A stretch of DNA of 52,739 bases from a virus (taxonomy: Duplodnaviria > Caudoviricetes). A model generated the notes under the pieces. The model had not been told where the DNA came from, searched no databases, and saw only the letters and a program-made list of their open reading frames with translations. Positions 37,152 through 48,110 of the stretch are shown piece after piece. The stretch lies in the IMG/VR virus record IMGVR_UViG_3300044512_003224, positions 1 through 52,739 of that record, one strand, 5' to 3'. Position numbers and translations under genes: made by a program. Positions within the stretch are counted from its first letter, which is position 1; each line of letters begins with the position of its first letter.

Positions 37152-40100
37152 GTAGAAACTATATAAGGTATACGAACGCTTCTCTTCCAAGAATTGAGGG
37201 ATCAAAAGGTGGAGGCAAAGGCGGATCAGGGGGTCAGGCAGCTACAGAAGCTCCTCAGTCTCTATTTGGTACTGATATTCTTTTTACAACTGTTGGACTA
37301 AGCGAAGGTCCTGTATATAGAATTAACGGAAATGGTCCTCAAGATATAGAAATTACTGATAGCTCAATAGATGATTTAGTTCTTTTAGACGGTGATGGAA
37401 GTGAAGATACATCAAAGTTTAAAACTCTCTCTACCACCGGAACTACTACTCAAGATCGTTTAGATGTATTCGGTGAGAATATTATTACTCCTCAAAATTT
37501 CGCTTCTCCAGTATCTCTTAAAAAGGGTAATATTGCTGGTGTTCCTTCATCAGGAATTACCCTTCAAGAAACTAGCTCACAGTCTTGGGATGCTCTTAAG
37601 TTTATATTTCAAATTAATGGACTTCAAAGAGTGTTAGATAATGGTAGCATTAAATCTCACTCTGTATCTATTAAAATACAAATTTTTCCTGCAGCAGCTG
37701 ATGGAGCTTCAGAGATTACCTCTATTGAAAAAACTATCTCTGGAAAAACGTCTACAGCATTTAGATTCAATATAAGAGTTGATATTCCGACCGCTAATCG
37801 TAGTAATAATGGTTATCGTTTTACAATTACTAAAACTTCAAATGATAATAACAGCTCTAAATTTGCTGAAGACATTCGTTCAATAGGTTGGTTTGAGATT
37901 GAAGAGTCACCTCAGGCATATCCTCGTACAGCAGTAATTGGGTATGCTCTTAAAGCTGTTGACGAGCATCAAGGTGGAGTTCCAACTTTTACCTCAATGG
38001 TAAAAGGATTATTAGTAAAAGTTCCTTCAAACTATAATCAACCCGTTCTAACTAACGGAGAGATTGATTGGAGAGAAGTAGAAGTTGGAGACTCAACTAG
38101 AGTAGGTCAAGGATACTCACTACAGTTTACTGGTGCAGGAACTAAGCTTACTGCTCAAAATCCTCAGATTTATGTTGGTACATGGGATGGTACTTTTGTA
38201 TATTCATGGACACAAAATCCTGTATGGATTATTTACGACATTTTAACTAATAAGACATATGGTGTAGGCATACCTGAAGAAAATATTGATAAGTATAAGT
38301 TTTTTCAAATTGCTCAGTATTGTGATGCTTGTGACTCTTCAACTGGTAATTTTATTGGTGTAGATTCTTTATCTGATGGATCTTTTAGGCATAAGCCTCG
38401 TGATCAATTTACAACAGTTAGAGAGACTCTTGTTGGGCTTGCTGCTGGTACCTCGATAAAAGAACGCAGATTTACACTTAACTGCGTAATAGCTGATCAA
38501 TCACAAGTAATGGACACACTCAATACACTTGCAGCATCTTTTAGAGGTGCTATTGTTTACTCTCTTGGAAAAATTACTCTTGCAGTTGATATGCCTGATG
38601 AGTTTCCTGTAATGGTATTTAATGAAACTAATATTAAACAAGGATCACTTCAGATATCAGGTAACAAAGAAAGTGATATTATCACAGGAGCAGATGTAAG
38701 TTATATTGAACCTACTAACCACTATAAACGTGAAACTGTTAGAATTGATACCTCAGACAGAAATGATGGATCAGTTCCTGGAGTGGTAGAGAATGTAGTG
38801 TCTCTAGATTTATTTGGTACTACTAGGCGTTCACAAGCTCTACGTTTTGCTCAGTATCAGATTGCTGCTTCAACATTTCAAAGACGCAATATTACTTTTA
38901 CTACCAGTTCAGACGCACTTAATTTAGCTCCTGGAGATGTTATCTCTGTAGCACAACAACAATCAGGTATAGCCTATGGATATAGTGGAAAACTTTTTCA
39001 AGACTCTAATGTTCAACTTCAATCAGGTAACTCAAATATATACTTAGAGCACTTTACTTCTCCATCTATCGCTTCAACATTGTTTACTGCAAACACAGGA
39101 CCTATCGCGCTACGTGTTATTAAAACAGATTCAGACAGAATTGATTTGTATATTTTAAGTGATTCAGATTTTACACTTACAGCCACTGATAATGTTTCTA
39201 CAGGAATTGACCAAGCAAGAGTCAAAGTCGTCCAGAGATATAATCAAATAACAAAGCAGTTTGATAATTATTCAACTTTTACTGCTAATAATCTACCTAA
39301 ACGTGGGGATTTATGGTCTCTTGGGGAGATCGAAAATCCCGCAAACTTTTATACTAATAAAGCAGGTAAGTTATTTAAAATTACCAGTTTAAGTAGAGAG
39401 CCGCAAGACGAAGAAGTGATTATAACAGGAATTGAGTATATATCTAATGTCTATGTAGATTCAGATACTTTTATAGACTATACTCCTACAGCCTATACAG
39501 ATATTATATCACCTTTAACTGTTCCTCCACCGCCTCAAGTGTCATTTAGACCAGTTCCTCGTAGAACTCTTGACGGGTCAGTAGTTGTAGACGGTATTAT
39601 AGAAGAAACTACTGAATCATTAGGTTTTAATCAAGACTTCTCAACTGAGTTCTTTTTATCAACCCCTGAATCTGATACTTTAGTAGCTAACGTTGTGGGA
39701 GGATCAGCAGGTGCTTTAGAGTTTAAAGTTAGTAACGCTGATGCAGTTACTGAGAGTGATGCACTTGTTACTCTTATAGGAAAAAACGGATTTACAACTT
39801 CTGTTGGGGAAATCAAGCTACTATGTACGTCATATGCACTAACTGATACAAATGGAGGTGTAGATGATGGTAACATCGAACTTACTTTAGCAGGATATGG
39901 GGATGTATTTGATGAAAACTTTTTTATGCACGTATCTGAAGTAAATGACGGAAGTGAAGATGCACCAACACTTAAGGGTGATGACTTTGTAACTATTCCT
40001 GTAAACGAAAAAGAATCAGTTCAGAGTGCCTTAAACTTTGTTGGGTTTGCTCCTATAGTTACAGAACTAAGTCGTGAAATAGTATCATCTGATGTTGCTA

Positions 40101-42982
40101 ATGATAAACTTAAAATTGAAAACACTAATACTGGTGGTCTTAATCTGATTTCTTCACTTCCCCCTGCTCCTTTTTATGTGACTATTAATCAAATGCTTGA
40201 TGCTAAAACTTACAATAATACAAGTTTTTATGTAAAAGGTGTTGAAACTACGTATGTTGATGAAGGTGATTTAGCTGATCATAATGGTGAGATAGAAATT
40301 GAGGTCGATCCTCGTGTTAAAGGTTTTACTCGGTTTTTTGTAGATGGTATTCAAAAATCAGCAGGTCAATACACTTTTACAAGAAATGAGGATGCTGAAG
40401 CTAACTCAACTATTTCTTATGTGACAGGTGCAAATGAAGAAAAATATAGAATTGAAGTTGATTACTATGCTCCGCCTTTAATCGAAATAGGAGACAATGT
40501 TCAAACGTCTGCAGGTAACACTTTTAGCGTTGTAGGAACTTCTTATGATCTTGAAAGTCCCAGTTATAATTCAACAATTACAACAAATTCTATCTACCGT
40601 ATCACTCTAGAAAACGAAGATACAATAAGCATTCCTTACTTTTCAAGTTCTATTACTGGAGTAGCAACAAATAGAAAACCTGTTGCTAACCTTTTAGGTT
40701 CTTCTTTTACTAATATTGCACCTGACCCTATAGGCACACTGACAAGTGTTAATGGTGGAGATGTTACTTTTACGTATGATACTACTTTGTTTCCTGGTAA
40801 CTTTAGAACTGCTAATTCAAGAACATACTCGTTTCAAGTTGGAAATGAGTTTGAACGTATTAGTGTAGACGATGATTTAATAGTTCCAGATCTACCAACT
40901 GGGGTTACTTCGCTTCGAGCCAGAAATAGAAATATTCTTGGACGCTTTTCTCCTTTTGTGACAAAATCTATTACTGTAGAAGACCTTCCAATCCAAAAAG
41001 TACAAAATTTTAACATAATAGAGTCACTTTACAGAGAACAAACTGGTGGAGTTGCTGTTCGTGTAACAGCAGAGTTTGACCATATTCAAGGACAAGAAGT
41101 GACTGACTATGAAATTTCTTATAGACTTGATAATGTTGAAGCTATAGGTGGGAATGATGGTGGATCAGATTTGACATCATTTAATACTGTAAAAGTTCCA
41201 TCGACAGGTATTGACACAGACGGGAAAATTAGATTTACAATAAACGGTATAAATAGAGGAATTATTTCAGAATCTAACTCTATTATAATTCGGGTAACAC
41301 CTCTTAATAAAGATATTCGTGGATTTACTATAACAAAAACTAAATCTATTATTGGTAAAACAGCTCAGCCACTTAACGTGCTAAACTTCACAGGCGGTCA
41401 GCAAACTGATCAAATAACTCTTTTCTGGACATATCCTCGTACCAATGAGCAATTAACTGACTTAGATTTAAAAGAAGTTGTCATACGACGTGCTCCAGGA
41501 GAGGTTGCTGCTACAGTTGAAAACTTTGTCGCATCTGACCCCCTTATCACAGTTTCTTCTGGTACTTCCCGTAAATCAATTCCTATTGATGCTTTTGGAG
41601 AGTTTACTTACTTAGCCAGAACTCGTGATACAAGCGGTAATTTTTCTGAATCTGTAGCTGGAATCACTTTAACTACTACACGCCCAAATCGTAATACTGT
41701 TATTAATGCTTATAATGAAGATGATCCAGGAACTGACTTTACTAACATCACTAACACAAATTCAGATGAAGAAAACTATGCATCGTTTACAACTTCAAAC
41801 TCTGGTGGATTAGTATTTGCAGATAAAGGTGATGGATTTCCATCATCTATAGTTGATAACGCAAATGGCACATCAAGTGGATTCTCTGCTATTGGGGGAT
41901 CGCCGACAGACTTACTAGCAGAAGGAACCGCTATCTATATCACATCAATTCGAGATCTCGGAGCAAGTCTTACTGGGGCTATTCAAATTGATATTGAAGC
42001 TACTCAAACTGTGCGATCACAATTTACTGATCAACATGAAGATTTTATTGCAGCTGCAGTTACTGAAGAGTCTACAGTATCAAATGTACTTGTAGATACA
42101 GATTTTGGAGGTATTGGTCACGTACTTGGATTTAATAATACAGATTCTCTTGTTGTAAATGCAGTATTTGACGCAAATAACCAAACACTTATCTCAGGTC
42201 CTGGAATTTATTCTTCTGACGGGTCTAATGCTAAAGTGTGGGCGATATGGAATGACGGGCAGTTTGCAGGAGATGACGCTAATTCTAATTCGTACGCACT
42301 TATAGCAGGTGTTATAAATGCAACTGCTATTGAGCTTGGAGCTACCTATCATGCTAATGGTGATCCGACAGGTTCTAATGCATTTTCTAATATCACTCTC
42401 GGTGCAAGTAATACTTATACTCTTGTAGATTTAAAACAGTTTTCTGATACAGGCTCTGCAGAAACTTTTTCAGGAGATCTAGGAGCAGTGACTACTCAAA
42501 CTTTTATACGCACTACTACCGTTGATAACTCTTCTTTATACTACGCTAATGGTAATGTGGATGTAACTCAATTTGTTGGGGGAACGGTTAATGAAGGATT
42601 TGCTCCTTATGAGGCTGGATCTCGAACATTTAGACAGTTCCAAATAAAATTTGTTGTAACCAACAATGAGCCAGATGAATTTGACTTTACAATTGATAAA
42701 TTTCGGTATACAGTAGATAAAGAACAAGTAATTTTCACAGATACTATTACTTATGATGGTTCGCCAAAAACTGTAAATTATTCAAGCGCTGCATATCTTA
42801 ACAGACCTGTTATCTCCTATGCAGTGCTATCACAAGAGGATGCTGAAGCTAATCCAGCAATTGTAGTGACTACTGCAGCTTCTGCTACACAAGCTTCATT
42901 TAAACTTTTTGCAGCAGATGGAACAGGCGAATATCAAGCAAATAGTACAGCTACCGTAATGTTTACGGCTTCAGGAGTATAA
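37148..42982 (+). CDS. central tail fibre / host-specificity protein J-like
   Basis: GSKGGG, LSEGPV, YPRTA, WDGTF..WT.NP.W..YD.LTN..YG.G, IAQYCD, PGDVI.V; FN3-like C-terminal domains. Confidence 0.93.
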   Translation: MSRNYIRYTNASLPRIEGSKGGGKGGSGGQAATEAPQSLFGTDILFTTVGLSEGPVYRINGNGPQDIEITDSSIDDLVLLDGDGSEDTSKFKTLSTTGTTTQDRLDVFGENIITPQNFASPVSLKKGNIAGVPSSGITLQETSSQSWDALKFIFQINGLQRVLDNGSIKSHSVSIKIQIFPAAADGASEITSIEKTISGKTSTAFRFNIRVDIPTANRSNNGYRFTITKTSNDNNSSKFAEDIRSIGWFEIEESPQAYPRTAVIGYALKAVDEHQGGVPTFTSMVKGLLVKVPSNYNQPVLTNGEIDWREVEVGDSTRVGQGYSLQFTGAGTKLTAQNPQIYVGTWDGTFVYSWTQNPVWIIYDILTNKTYGVGIPEENIDKYKFFQIAQYCDACDSSTGNFIGVDSLSDGSFRHKPRDQFTTVRETLVGLAAGTSIKERRFTLNCVIADQSQVMDTLNTLAASFRGAIVYSLGKITLAVDMPDEFPVMVFNETNIKQGSLQISGNKESDIITGADVSYIEPTNHYKRETVRIDTSDRNDGSVPGVVENVVSLDLFGTTRRSQALRFAQYQIAASTFQRRNITFTTSSDALNLAPGDVISVAQQQSGIAYGYSGKLFQDSNVQLQSGNSNIYLEHFTSPSIASTLFTANTGPIALRVIKTDSDRIDLYILSDSDFTLTATDNVSTGIDQARVKVVQRYNQITKQFDNYSTFTANNLPKRGDLWSLGEIENPANFYTNKAGKLFKITSLSREPQDEEVIITGIEYISNVYVDSDTFIDYTPTAYTDIISPLTVPPPPQVSFRPVPRRTLDGSVVVDGIIEETTESLGFNQDFSTEFFLSTPESDTLVANVVGGSAGALEFKVSNADAVTESDALVTLIGKNGFTTSVGEIKLLCTSYALTDTNGGVDDGNIELTLAGYGDVFDENFFMHVSEVNDGSEDAPTLKGDDFVTIPVNEKESVQSALNFVGFAPIVTELSREIVSSDVANDKLKIENTNTGGLNLISSLPPAPFYVTINQMLDAKTYNNTSFYVKGVETTYVDEGDLADHNGEIEIEVDPRVKGFTRFFVDGIQKSAGQYTFTRNEDAEANSTISYVTGANEEKYRIEVDYYAPPLIEIGDNVQTSAGNTFSVVGTSYDLESPSYNSTITTNSIYRITLENEDTISIPYFSSSITGVATNRKPVANLLGSSFTNIAPDPIGTLTSVNGGDVTFTYDTTLFPGNFRTANSRTYSFQVGNEFERISVDDDLIVPDLPTGVTSLRARNRNILGRFSPFVTKSITVEDLPIQKVQNFNIIESLYREQTGGVAVRVTAEFDHIQGQEVTDYEISYRLDNVEAIGGNDGGSDLTSFNTVKVPSTGIDTDGKIRFTINGINRGIISESNSIIIRVTPLNKDIRGFTITKTKSIIGKTAQPLNVLNFTGGQQTDQITLFWTYPRTNEQLTDLDLKEVVIRRAPGEVAATVENFVASDPLITVSSGTSRKSIPIDAFGEFTYLARTRDTSGNFSESVAGITLTTTRPNRNTVINAYNEDDPGTDFTNITNTNSDEENYASFTTSNSGGLVFADKGDGFPSSIVDNANGTSSGFSAIGGSPTDLLAEGTAIYITSIRDLGASLTGAIQIDIEATQTVRSQFTDQHEDFIAAAVTEESTVSNVLVDTDFGGIGHVLGFNNTDSLVVNAVFDANNQTLISGPGIYSSDGSNAKVWAIWNDGQFAGDDANSNSYALIAGVINATAIELGATYHANGDPTGSNAFSNITLGASNTYTLVDLKQFSDTGSAETFSGDLGAVTTQTFIRTTTVDNSSLYYANGNVDVTQFVGGTVNEGFAPYEAGSRTFRQFQIKFVVTNNEPDEFDFTIDKFRYTVDKEQVIFTDTITYDGSPKTVNYSSAAYLNRPVISYAVLSQEDAEANPAIVVTTAASATQASFKLFAADGTGEYQANSTATVMFTASGV

Positions 42983-42983
42983 T

Positions 42984-44210
42984 ATGGCATTAGTAGATTC
43001 AAATACCTTTATTGAACCTACCGCAGGCACCTCTCTTAATGCCGCTCGATCACAGTTTAATAATGCATTAAGATCACTATTAACTAATTTTAGCTCTCCA
43101 GCGATTCCCGATACTGAAAATATTACTGCTTCAGGAACTGGTATTGGTGAGCAAGATGGAATGTTATATCGCAGTGAGACTACTAATGCACTATACATCT
43201 CAGACTCAGTTCATGTAAAATCTTCTCCGGTTGGTGGTAATTTTACCCGTGTTGGTATCGGTAATCGTGTTGAGAATGGTATTGCTTCTCTTGCTGCAAA
43301 TGTCGCTACATACGAGATAGGTGAGTTAACAGCTACAGTGTCAGCTGCAGGTGGTTTAGCTTCAAACGGCAGACTATACTTAATCACTGCTAATAACGGC
43401 ACAATGGCAGATGTTATTGATGTAGGAATACCTCCTACAAATGGTTCTGTCACAAATACAATGATCGCTGTAAAAGGCATTACTATAGATCGTGTTGACT
43501 TTGCAAAAGCTGGTCACCGTCTTGACGCTTTTGACGGAAAAGCTGAATGGGAGTCTAATACTACACTTCGAGTCTCTGCTCTAGCAGGTGTAAACTCAGC
43601 AATTGGTATTGGATCACTTAATTCATCTAATGCTGCAATAGTGCATAGACTAGATGAAGCACTCTCAACTGCACATACTAAAGCTGCTGATGGTCTTCAT
43701 GTAATGGCAACCCCTGGAGTGTATGCAAACTTAGCAGTTGGAGTGTTAGCGCAGTCGTCTATCGCAAATGATTTAACCTCTACTCAAGCACCACTACTTC
43801 CAGCAGGGTCTATTATAGCTTGGGGTGGAGCTGCGGCTCCCTCAGGATGGTTACTGTGTGATGGAGATAATATAGGAAGAACAACGTATGCAGCTCTTTT
43901 TGCAGCTATCAGCACAACCTACGGTGTAGGTGATGGGTCAACTACATTTAATTTGCCTGATTTACAAAACAGGATACCATACGGAGCTGACGCTGTAGCA
44001 CTTGGCACTGCTACTGGCACAGATATAGCAGCAGCTGGGGCTACTACTACATCTTCTGAAACGTTAACTCCAGCAACAGGATTTACAGAAATTACTGTGG
44101 CATCAAAAGATGGTGGAGCTACCTCAGTTCTTAATACTGTAACTATACCAGATCACTCTCACACATATACTGTACCAGGATTAACAGTCAACTACATAAT
44201 AAAAACTTAA
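42984..44210 (+). CDS. tail fibre protein with C-terminal collar domain
   Basis: PAGSIIAWGG..APSGWLLCDG..RTTYAALF...GDGSTTFNLPDL...NYIIKT. Confidence 0.85.
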   Translation: MALVDSNTFIEPTAGTSLNAARSQFNNALRSLLTNFSSPAIPDTENITASGTGIGEQDGMLYRSETTNALYISDSVHVKSSPVGGNFTRVGIGNRVENGIASLAANVATYEIGELTATVSAAGGLASNGRLYLITANNGTMADVIDVGIPPTNGSVTNTMIAVKGITIDRVDFAKAGHRLDAFDGKAEWESNTTLRVSALAGVNSAIGIGSLNSSNAAIVHRLDEALSTAHTKAADGLHVMATPGVYANLAVGVLAQSSIANDLTSTQAPLLPAGSIIAWGGAAAPSGWLLCDGDNIGRTTYAALFAAISTTYGVGDGSTTFNLPDLQNRIPYGADAVALGTATGTDIAAAGATTTSSETLTPATGFTEITVASKDGGATSVLNTVTIPDHSHTYTVPGLTVNYIIKT

Positions 44211-44221
44211 GGAACTACTAA

Positions 44222-44683
44222 ATGATATATAGAAAATTTAATATAGATGAAATGAATCAGCGCATGCTTTTTTGTGAGTATAGAGATATTTCACAAGGTA
44301 AGAATTCACCACCAATGATTCAACGTGCTTTTCCTCTTGATAAGATCTTAGAAGCAGCACCTGAGCTTTTAAAACTTACTGAAGGTGAAGAGATTGGTAT
44401 GTATTATGAGGATAAAGGAACTATCGAAGTTAAAGAACGAATCTTTTTAACTCATCGAGACTCTTTAGATGACGAGACTGTTGATTTTATCATTGATTTT
44501 ATTAAACGAGCGTGCATTGATGAAGAGTTTGATGAGCTGCTCAAACCACCAACAGTTGATCAACAAGTAGAAGACTTTATCAAAGAATTCTTTGAAGGTG
44601 AAGAAGAAGAACCGCTAGAGCAAAAAGACTTTTTAGCGGAGTTCTTTGCAGAGCTTGAAGAAGAGACTGAAACGAAGGAGTAA
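44222..44683 (+). CDS. hypothetical acidic protein
   Basis: AAGGA RBS; repeated DF[IL].EFF motif in C-terminus. Confidence 0.7.
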   Translation: MIYRKFNIDEMNQRMLFCEYRDISQGKNSPPMIQRAFPLDKILEAAPELLKLTEGEEIGMYYEDKGTIEVKERIFLTHRDSLDDETVDFIIDFIKRACIDEEFDELLKPPTVDQQVEDFIKEFFEGEEEEPLEQKDFLAEFFAELEEETETKE

Positions 44684-44685
44684 TC

Positions 44686-45330
44686 GTGGCACTTACAAAA
44701 GTTACTACTACAGTTATTAACGCTAATGCAGTTGCAAACACCTCAGTTGCAAATTCAGCTGTTAATCGTTCTGGTCATATAGCAAACGCAACCATTGAAA
44801 TTCAACACTTAGCTGATAGTGCAAATACAGCTACTCTTAATAGTGGTATGGTAGCAAATGTTAATACGATTACAGATAATGTAGACTCAGTTCAATCAAA
44901 TGTTTATGCAAATATTAGTAGTATAGATATTGTTTCATCAAACACTGCAGCATTTTTAGTTTTTGGACAAGAGGCTCTTCTCACAGGGCAAACATCATTT
45001 TTCGAAGCAAAAACTACTAACGGCGCACAAAACGGACAAGGATGGAGACTACCCACAGCAGGTATAGTCACTCACATAACTGCTCAGATGAATGTTCACA
45101 CTCAATCAGCAGGATCTGTGCTACAGGCTGATTTATATAAAAATGGCGCAAGTGCAGCAGCTGACGGTAATAACTTAGTAGTAACAGGAGCAGCTACAGG
45201 AGCTGCTGGTAATTCAAATGTTGTAAGCACAAGCTTTGCTGCTGGAGATAGGCTAGGTCTTCAATTTAAGCATTCTGACGGTACACTTGCAACCGATGAT
45301 CATGCTTTTATAGTGAGACTATCAGTATAG
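44686..45330 (+). CDS. probable virion fibre/decoration protein
   Basis: AAGGAG RBS; MALTKV N-terminus, Asn-rich coil, beta-sandwich C-terminus resembling a domain of the giant fibre (LYKNG / LFING). Confidence 0.7.
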   Translation: MALTKVTTTVINANAVANTSVANSAVNRSGHIANATIEIQHLADSANTATLNSGMVANVNTITDNVDSVQSNVYANISSIDIVSSNTAAFLVFGQEALLTGQTSFFEAKTTNGAQNGQGWRLPTAGIVTHITAQMNVHTQSAGSVLQADLYKNGASAAADGNNLVVTGAATGAAGNSNVVSTSFAAGDRLGLQFKHSDGTLATDDHAFIVRLSV

Positions 45331-46316
45331 TGAGAAAATATAGACAACTTACAACTGAATTGACATTTCGTTGTAACGCTAAATGTCCTGCATGTCATAG
45401 ACAAAAACCACTTTCTATAAATTTAAATGATGCTTGTTATACAATAAGTTTAGAACGCTTTAAACAACTTTTTTACCCTGAACTACTTAACAATTTAGAG
45501 TGGTTAGTTCTTAATGGAAACTTTGGCGATTCTATTATGAATAAACAGTTTCGTGAAATTATCTCATATGTTAAGTCACATGGCACACGTATTTTAATAC
45601 ATACTAATGGCGGCATACACGATGATGCGTATTGGACAGACGTAGGTAATATACTCGATGATCGGGATATAATTAATTTTGATTTAGATGGACTTTCTGA
45701 TACTCATCACATCTATCGCATTAATACTAAATATGAAAATGTGTTATCTAATGCTTGTTCCGTCATAAAAACTGCTAGACCACAAGTACATTGGAAATAT
45801 ATTGTTTTTGAACATAATCGTCATCAGGTAGATGAAGCACGTGCTACGGCTGAAAAGTGTGGGTTTACAACTTTTTCTACTGTAAAAACATCAAGAGATG
45901 TATTTGCTCCTAAATCAGGAGCTTTTGTTCACTCTAAAAAGACCAAACAATTCGATAAGGCAGAGCGTCAAATACACTGTGTATGGGATAATTGGAATAA
46001 GTGGTACATCTCTCCAGAAGGTTTAGTATTTAGATGCTGTTGGACTGGTGGTCACTATTATGATCAGGATAATTCACGTTTTTACTATCCTCCTCAGTTT
46101 ACTCGTCTTTTTAATGGATTTGATGTTCCACTCGAAAAGATTTTAAGTTATAATTATTGGAATAAACTACAGAGTTTTCTACAAGGCTATGAGCGATCTT
46201 TTAAACTTTGTAAATCACAATGCGGTAAAATTGTATCATCTATTGAAAAAACTGAGGAAAATTTACAAACAGGTGAGAAAATAACTTTTAACTCTGCAAA
46301 TCAGTTAGGAAATTAA
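45330..46316 (+). CDS. radical SAM protein with C-terminal Cys cluster
   Basis: CNAKCPAC, GNFGD, HTNG, DG...H..YR, VFEHNRHQ, RCCW, CKSQC. Confidence 0.9.
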   Translation: MRKYRQLTTELTFRCNAKCPACHRQKPLSINLNDACYTISLERFKQLFYPELLNNLEWLVLNGNFGDSIMNKQFREIISYVKSHGTRILIHTNGGIHDDAYWTDVGNILDDRDIINFDLDGLSDTHHIYRINTKYENVLSNACSVIKTARPQVHWKYIVFEHNRHQVDEARATAEKCGFTTFSTVKTSRDVFAPKSGAFVHSKKTKQFDKAERQIHCVWDNWNKWYISPEGLVFRCCWTGGHYYDQDNSRFYYPPQFTRLFNGFDVPLEKILSYNYWNKLQSFLQGYERSFKLCKSQCGKIVSSIEKTEENLQTGEKITFNSANQLGN

Positions 46317-46526
46317 ATGTCAGCTAAAATGTTACGCAAAGTTGGAAAATTCAAATTTTTAAGATTTCCGAATCAAGGAATCCGCAGAAATGAGAAAATA
46401 AGAAAACTTGCCACAGGTGGAAAATTATCTTATAGTAATCTTGAAAATTTTATTACAAAAGAACGTAACTTAGGGTATCCGATTAAATACTCTAAGCCAA
46501 TAGGTTTTAAAAGGAAAAAAAGATGA
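46317..46526 (+). CDS. small basic hypothetical protein
   Basis: Fills the gap exactly, ATGA coupling to next gene; contains a promoter-like sequence. Confidence 0.5.
   Translation: MSAKMLRKVGKFKFLRFPNQGIRRNEKIRKLATGGKLSYSNLENFITKERNLGYPIKYSKPIGFKRKKR
46408..46436 (+). promoter_or_regulatory. sigma70-type promoter
   Basis: TTGCCA-17 nt-TATAGT. Confidence 0.55.
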
Positions 46527-47176
46527 GAAAAGACGGACATACAGATGTATCTTCTTCCCGTAGGATGTGTAAAACTATTATAGAAGATGCAAATGATATT
46601 TTAGACGCATTACCAAGAGATATGGAAGCCTCTCTTCCAACATGGTGGACTAATAAACTTGCAAAGTGTTCAGCGTACATGAATGGTGCTCGTGATTACT
46701 TAGTATACTCAGAATCTCCAATGGAAGAGCCTCGTGAAGAGTCAAAAGATGATGAAATGTCTGACTCTGGACTAGACATGGGAGAGATGACTACTCTTCC
46801 CGAAGGTCAGATAAAAGTAGGTAACTATCAAACAATGCATTTTGATATATGTCCTTCAGCACAGGCTCTATACAGCTCAATGGAAGATCGTACTGTAATG
46901 ACACACCTTGTGGTAGAGTCTGCTATGTTACAAGATGTGTTTTTTAAATTAGAAAAGAGAGCTATTGCGATGGGAGCGAGCGATCAAGATATGGTCGATA
47001 AGGCTCAACAATATGCAGATATGATCATGGATTTAGCTAAGGAAATGGACTTAGAAGAAGAACATGAATATATTGAAAGCGTTCATATGGATAAATTTAA
47101 AGAACTTCTTATAGATAACGAAGATGATGATATGACACCTCCGTCATTTAAGATGGTTCAAGTTGAGAATTGCTAA
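46523..47176 (+). CDS. hypothetical acidic, Met-rich protein
   Basis: AAGGA RBS; DGHTDV and LPTWWTNKLA motifs; function not recognised. Confidence 0.75.
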   Translation: MRKDGHTDVSSSRRMCKTIIEDANDILDALPRDMEASLPTWWTNKLAKCSAYMNGARDYLVYSESPMEEPREESKDDEMSDSGLDMGEMTTLPEGQIKVGNYQTMHFDICPSAQALYSSMEDRTVMTHLVVESAMLQDVFFKLEKRAIAMGASDQDMVDKAQQYADMIMDLAKEMDLEEEHEYIESVHMDKFKELLIDNEDDDMTPPSFKMVQVENC

Positions 47177-47379
47177 TGCCTCTTAAGCGTGGTAAGTCTC
47201 AAAAAACAGTTTCAAAGAATATAAAAGAGCTGATGAAAAAACCTTCAAAGGCTCGTGCTAAAGGAATAAGCACTTTAGCCAAACGTTTAGGTATATCAAG
47301 AGAAGAAGCGCAACGTCGTCAAGCAGTGGCAATTTCCCTCCGTGCGGCAGGCAAGCCTCTTCCTAAAAAGAAAAAATAA
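47176..47379 (+). CDS. small basic protein
   Basis: TAATG coupling; MPLKRGKSQKTVSKNIKELM...QAVAISL. Confidence 0.75.
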   Translation: MPLKRGKSQKTVSKNIKELMKKPSKARAKGISTLAKRLGISREEAQRRQAVAISLRAAGKPLPKKKK

Positions 47380-47383
47380 AATT

Positions 47384-47412
47384 TTGACATACACATAGAT
47401 ATTTGTAACAAT
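47384..47412 (+). promoter_or_regulatory. sigma70-type promoter
   Basis: TTGACA-17 nt-AACAAT with TG extension; intergenic. Confidence 0.6.
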
Positions 47413-47446
47413 CAGTTATAAATATTCTTTTTAAGGAGAACTAAAA

Positions 47447-48085
47447 ATGGCTAATGTTTATACTATTGGCGGACCAAACGGTAACTTTGCTGACCTAAAC
47501 AGCATCGACTCTGCAGCACTTGCAGAAGCAAACAATACTTTCCAGATCACTCCTGGTGAATACACAGCTCCAAACGACTTTACTGGAACTGACATCTCTT
47601 TTCAAGGTTTAGGTGATCGTGACGATGTAATTATTATTGGTAACTCATCTGTAGGTTTTTCTGTAGCAAATACTTATGCAGGAGCACTAACATTTGAAAA
47701 CTTAACTATCAAAGGACAAGACTCAGTAGCAACTGGTGATCCAGCTGGATCAAATACTTGTGTTACAAAGCTTGGAGCAACAGCTTCTCCAATGATCTTC
47801 CGTAACGTTAAGTTTACTAATGCTGTACACGCAGCTAACTCACATGCTGAGTTTGCTACATCAGCAGGTGTAGATACTGTTGAGATGCATTACTGTCAAG
47901 CAAATGTTGATAAAGCAATTGTATCTAATGCAAACGTTTATGCAACATATTCACTATTTGGTGCAAACGCTTATCATACAGCTGAAGCTGGAGATCCAGC
48001 ACTAGTAATTAAAACACTACTATGTGGTCCAAACACAGCTAACGTTGGTAACTCAACTGAAACAATTCAAGCAACAATTGCTTAA
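47447..48085 (+). CDS. short parallel beta-helix (pectate-lyase-like fold) protein
   Basis: AAGGAG RBS; ITPGEY, ISFQGLG..DDVII, LTFENLTI, FRNVKF. Confidence 0.6.
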   Translation: MANVYTIGGPNGNFADLNSIDSAALAEANNTFQITPGEYTAPNDFTGTDISFQGLGDRDDVIIIGNSSVGFSVANTYAGALTFENLTIKGQDSVATGDPAGSNTCVTKLGATASPMIFRNVKFTNAVHAANSHAEFATSAGVDTVEMHYCQANVDKAIVSNANVYATYSLFGANAYHTAEAGDPALVIKTLLCGPNTANVGNSTETIQATIA

Positions 48086-48110
48086 TAAATTTTAATTAAA
48101 GGAGAAAATC

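Noticed and set aside
15457-42727. Numerous 60-140-aa antisense or overlapping ORFs inside structural genes
   Set aside because: Typical reverse-frame shadows of Ala/Thr/Ser-rich genes; no RBS or motifs
5159-46316. Radical SAMs as QueE/MoaA/NrdG (7-deazaguanine or cofactor pathway)
   Set aside because: No queC, queD, folE, dpdA, moaC or nrdD in the window, and the domain layouts are SPASM/Twitch-like; partners elsewhere in the genome cannot be excluded
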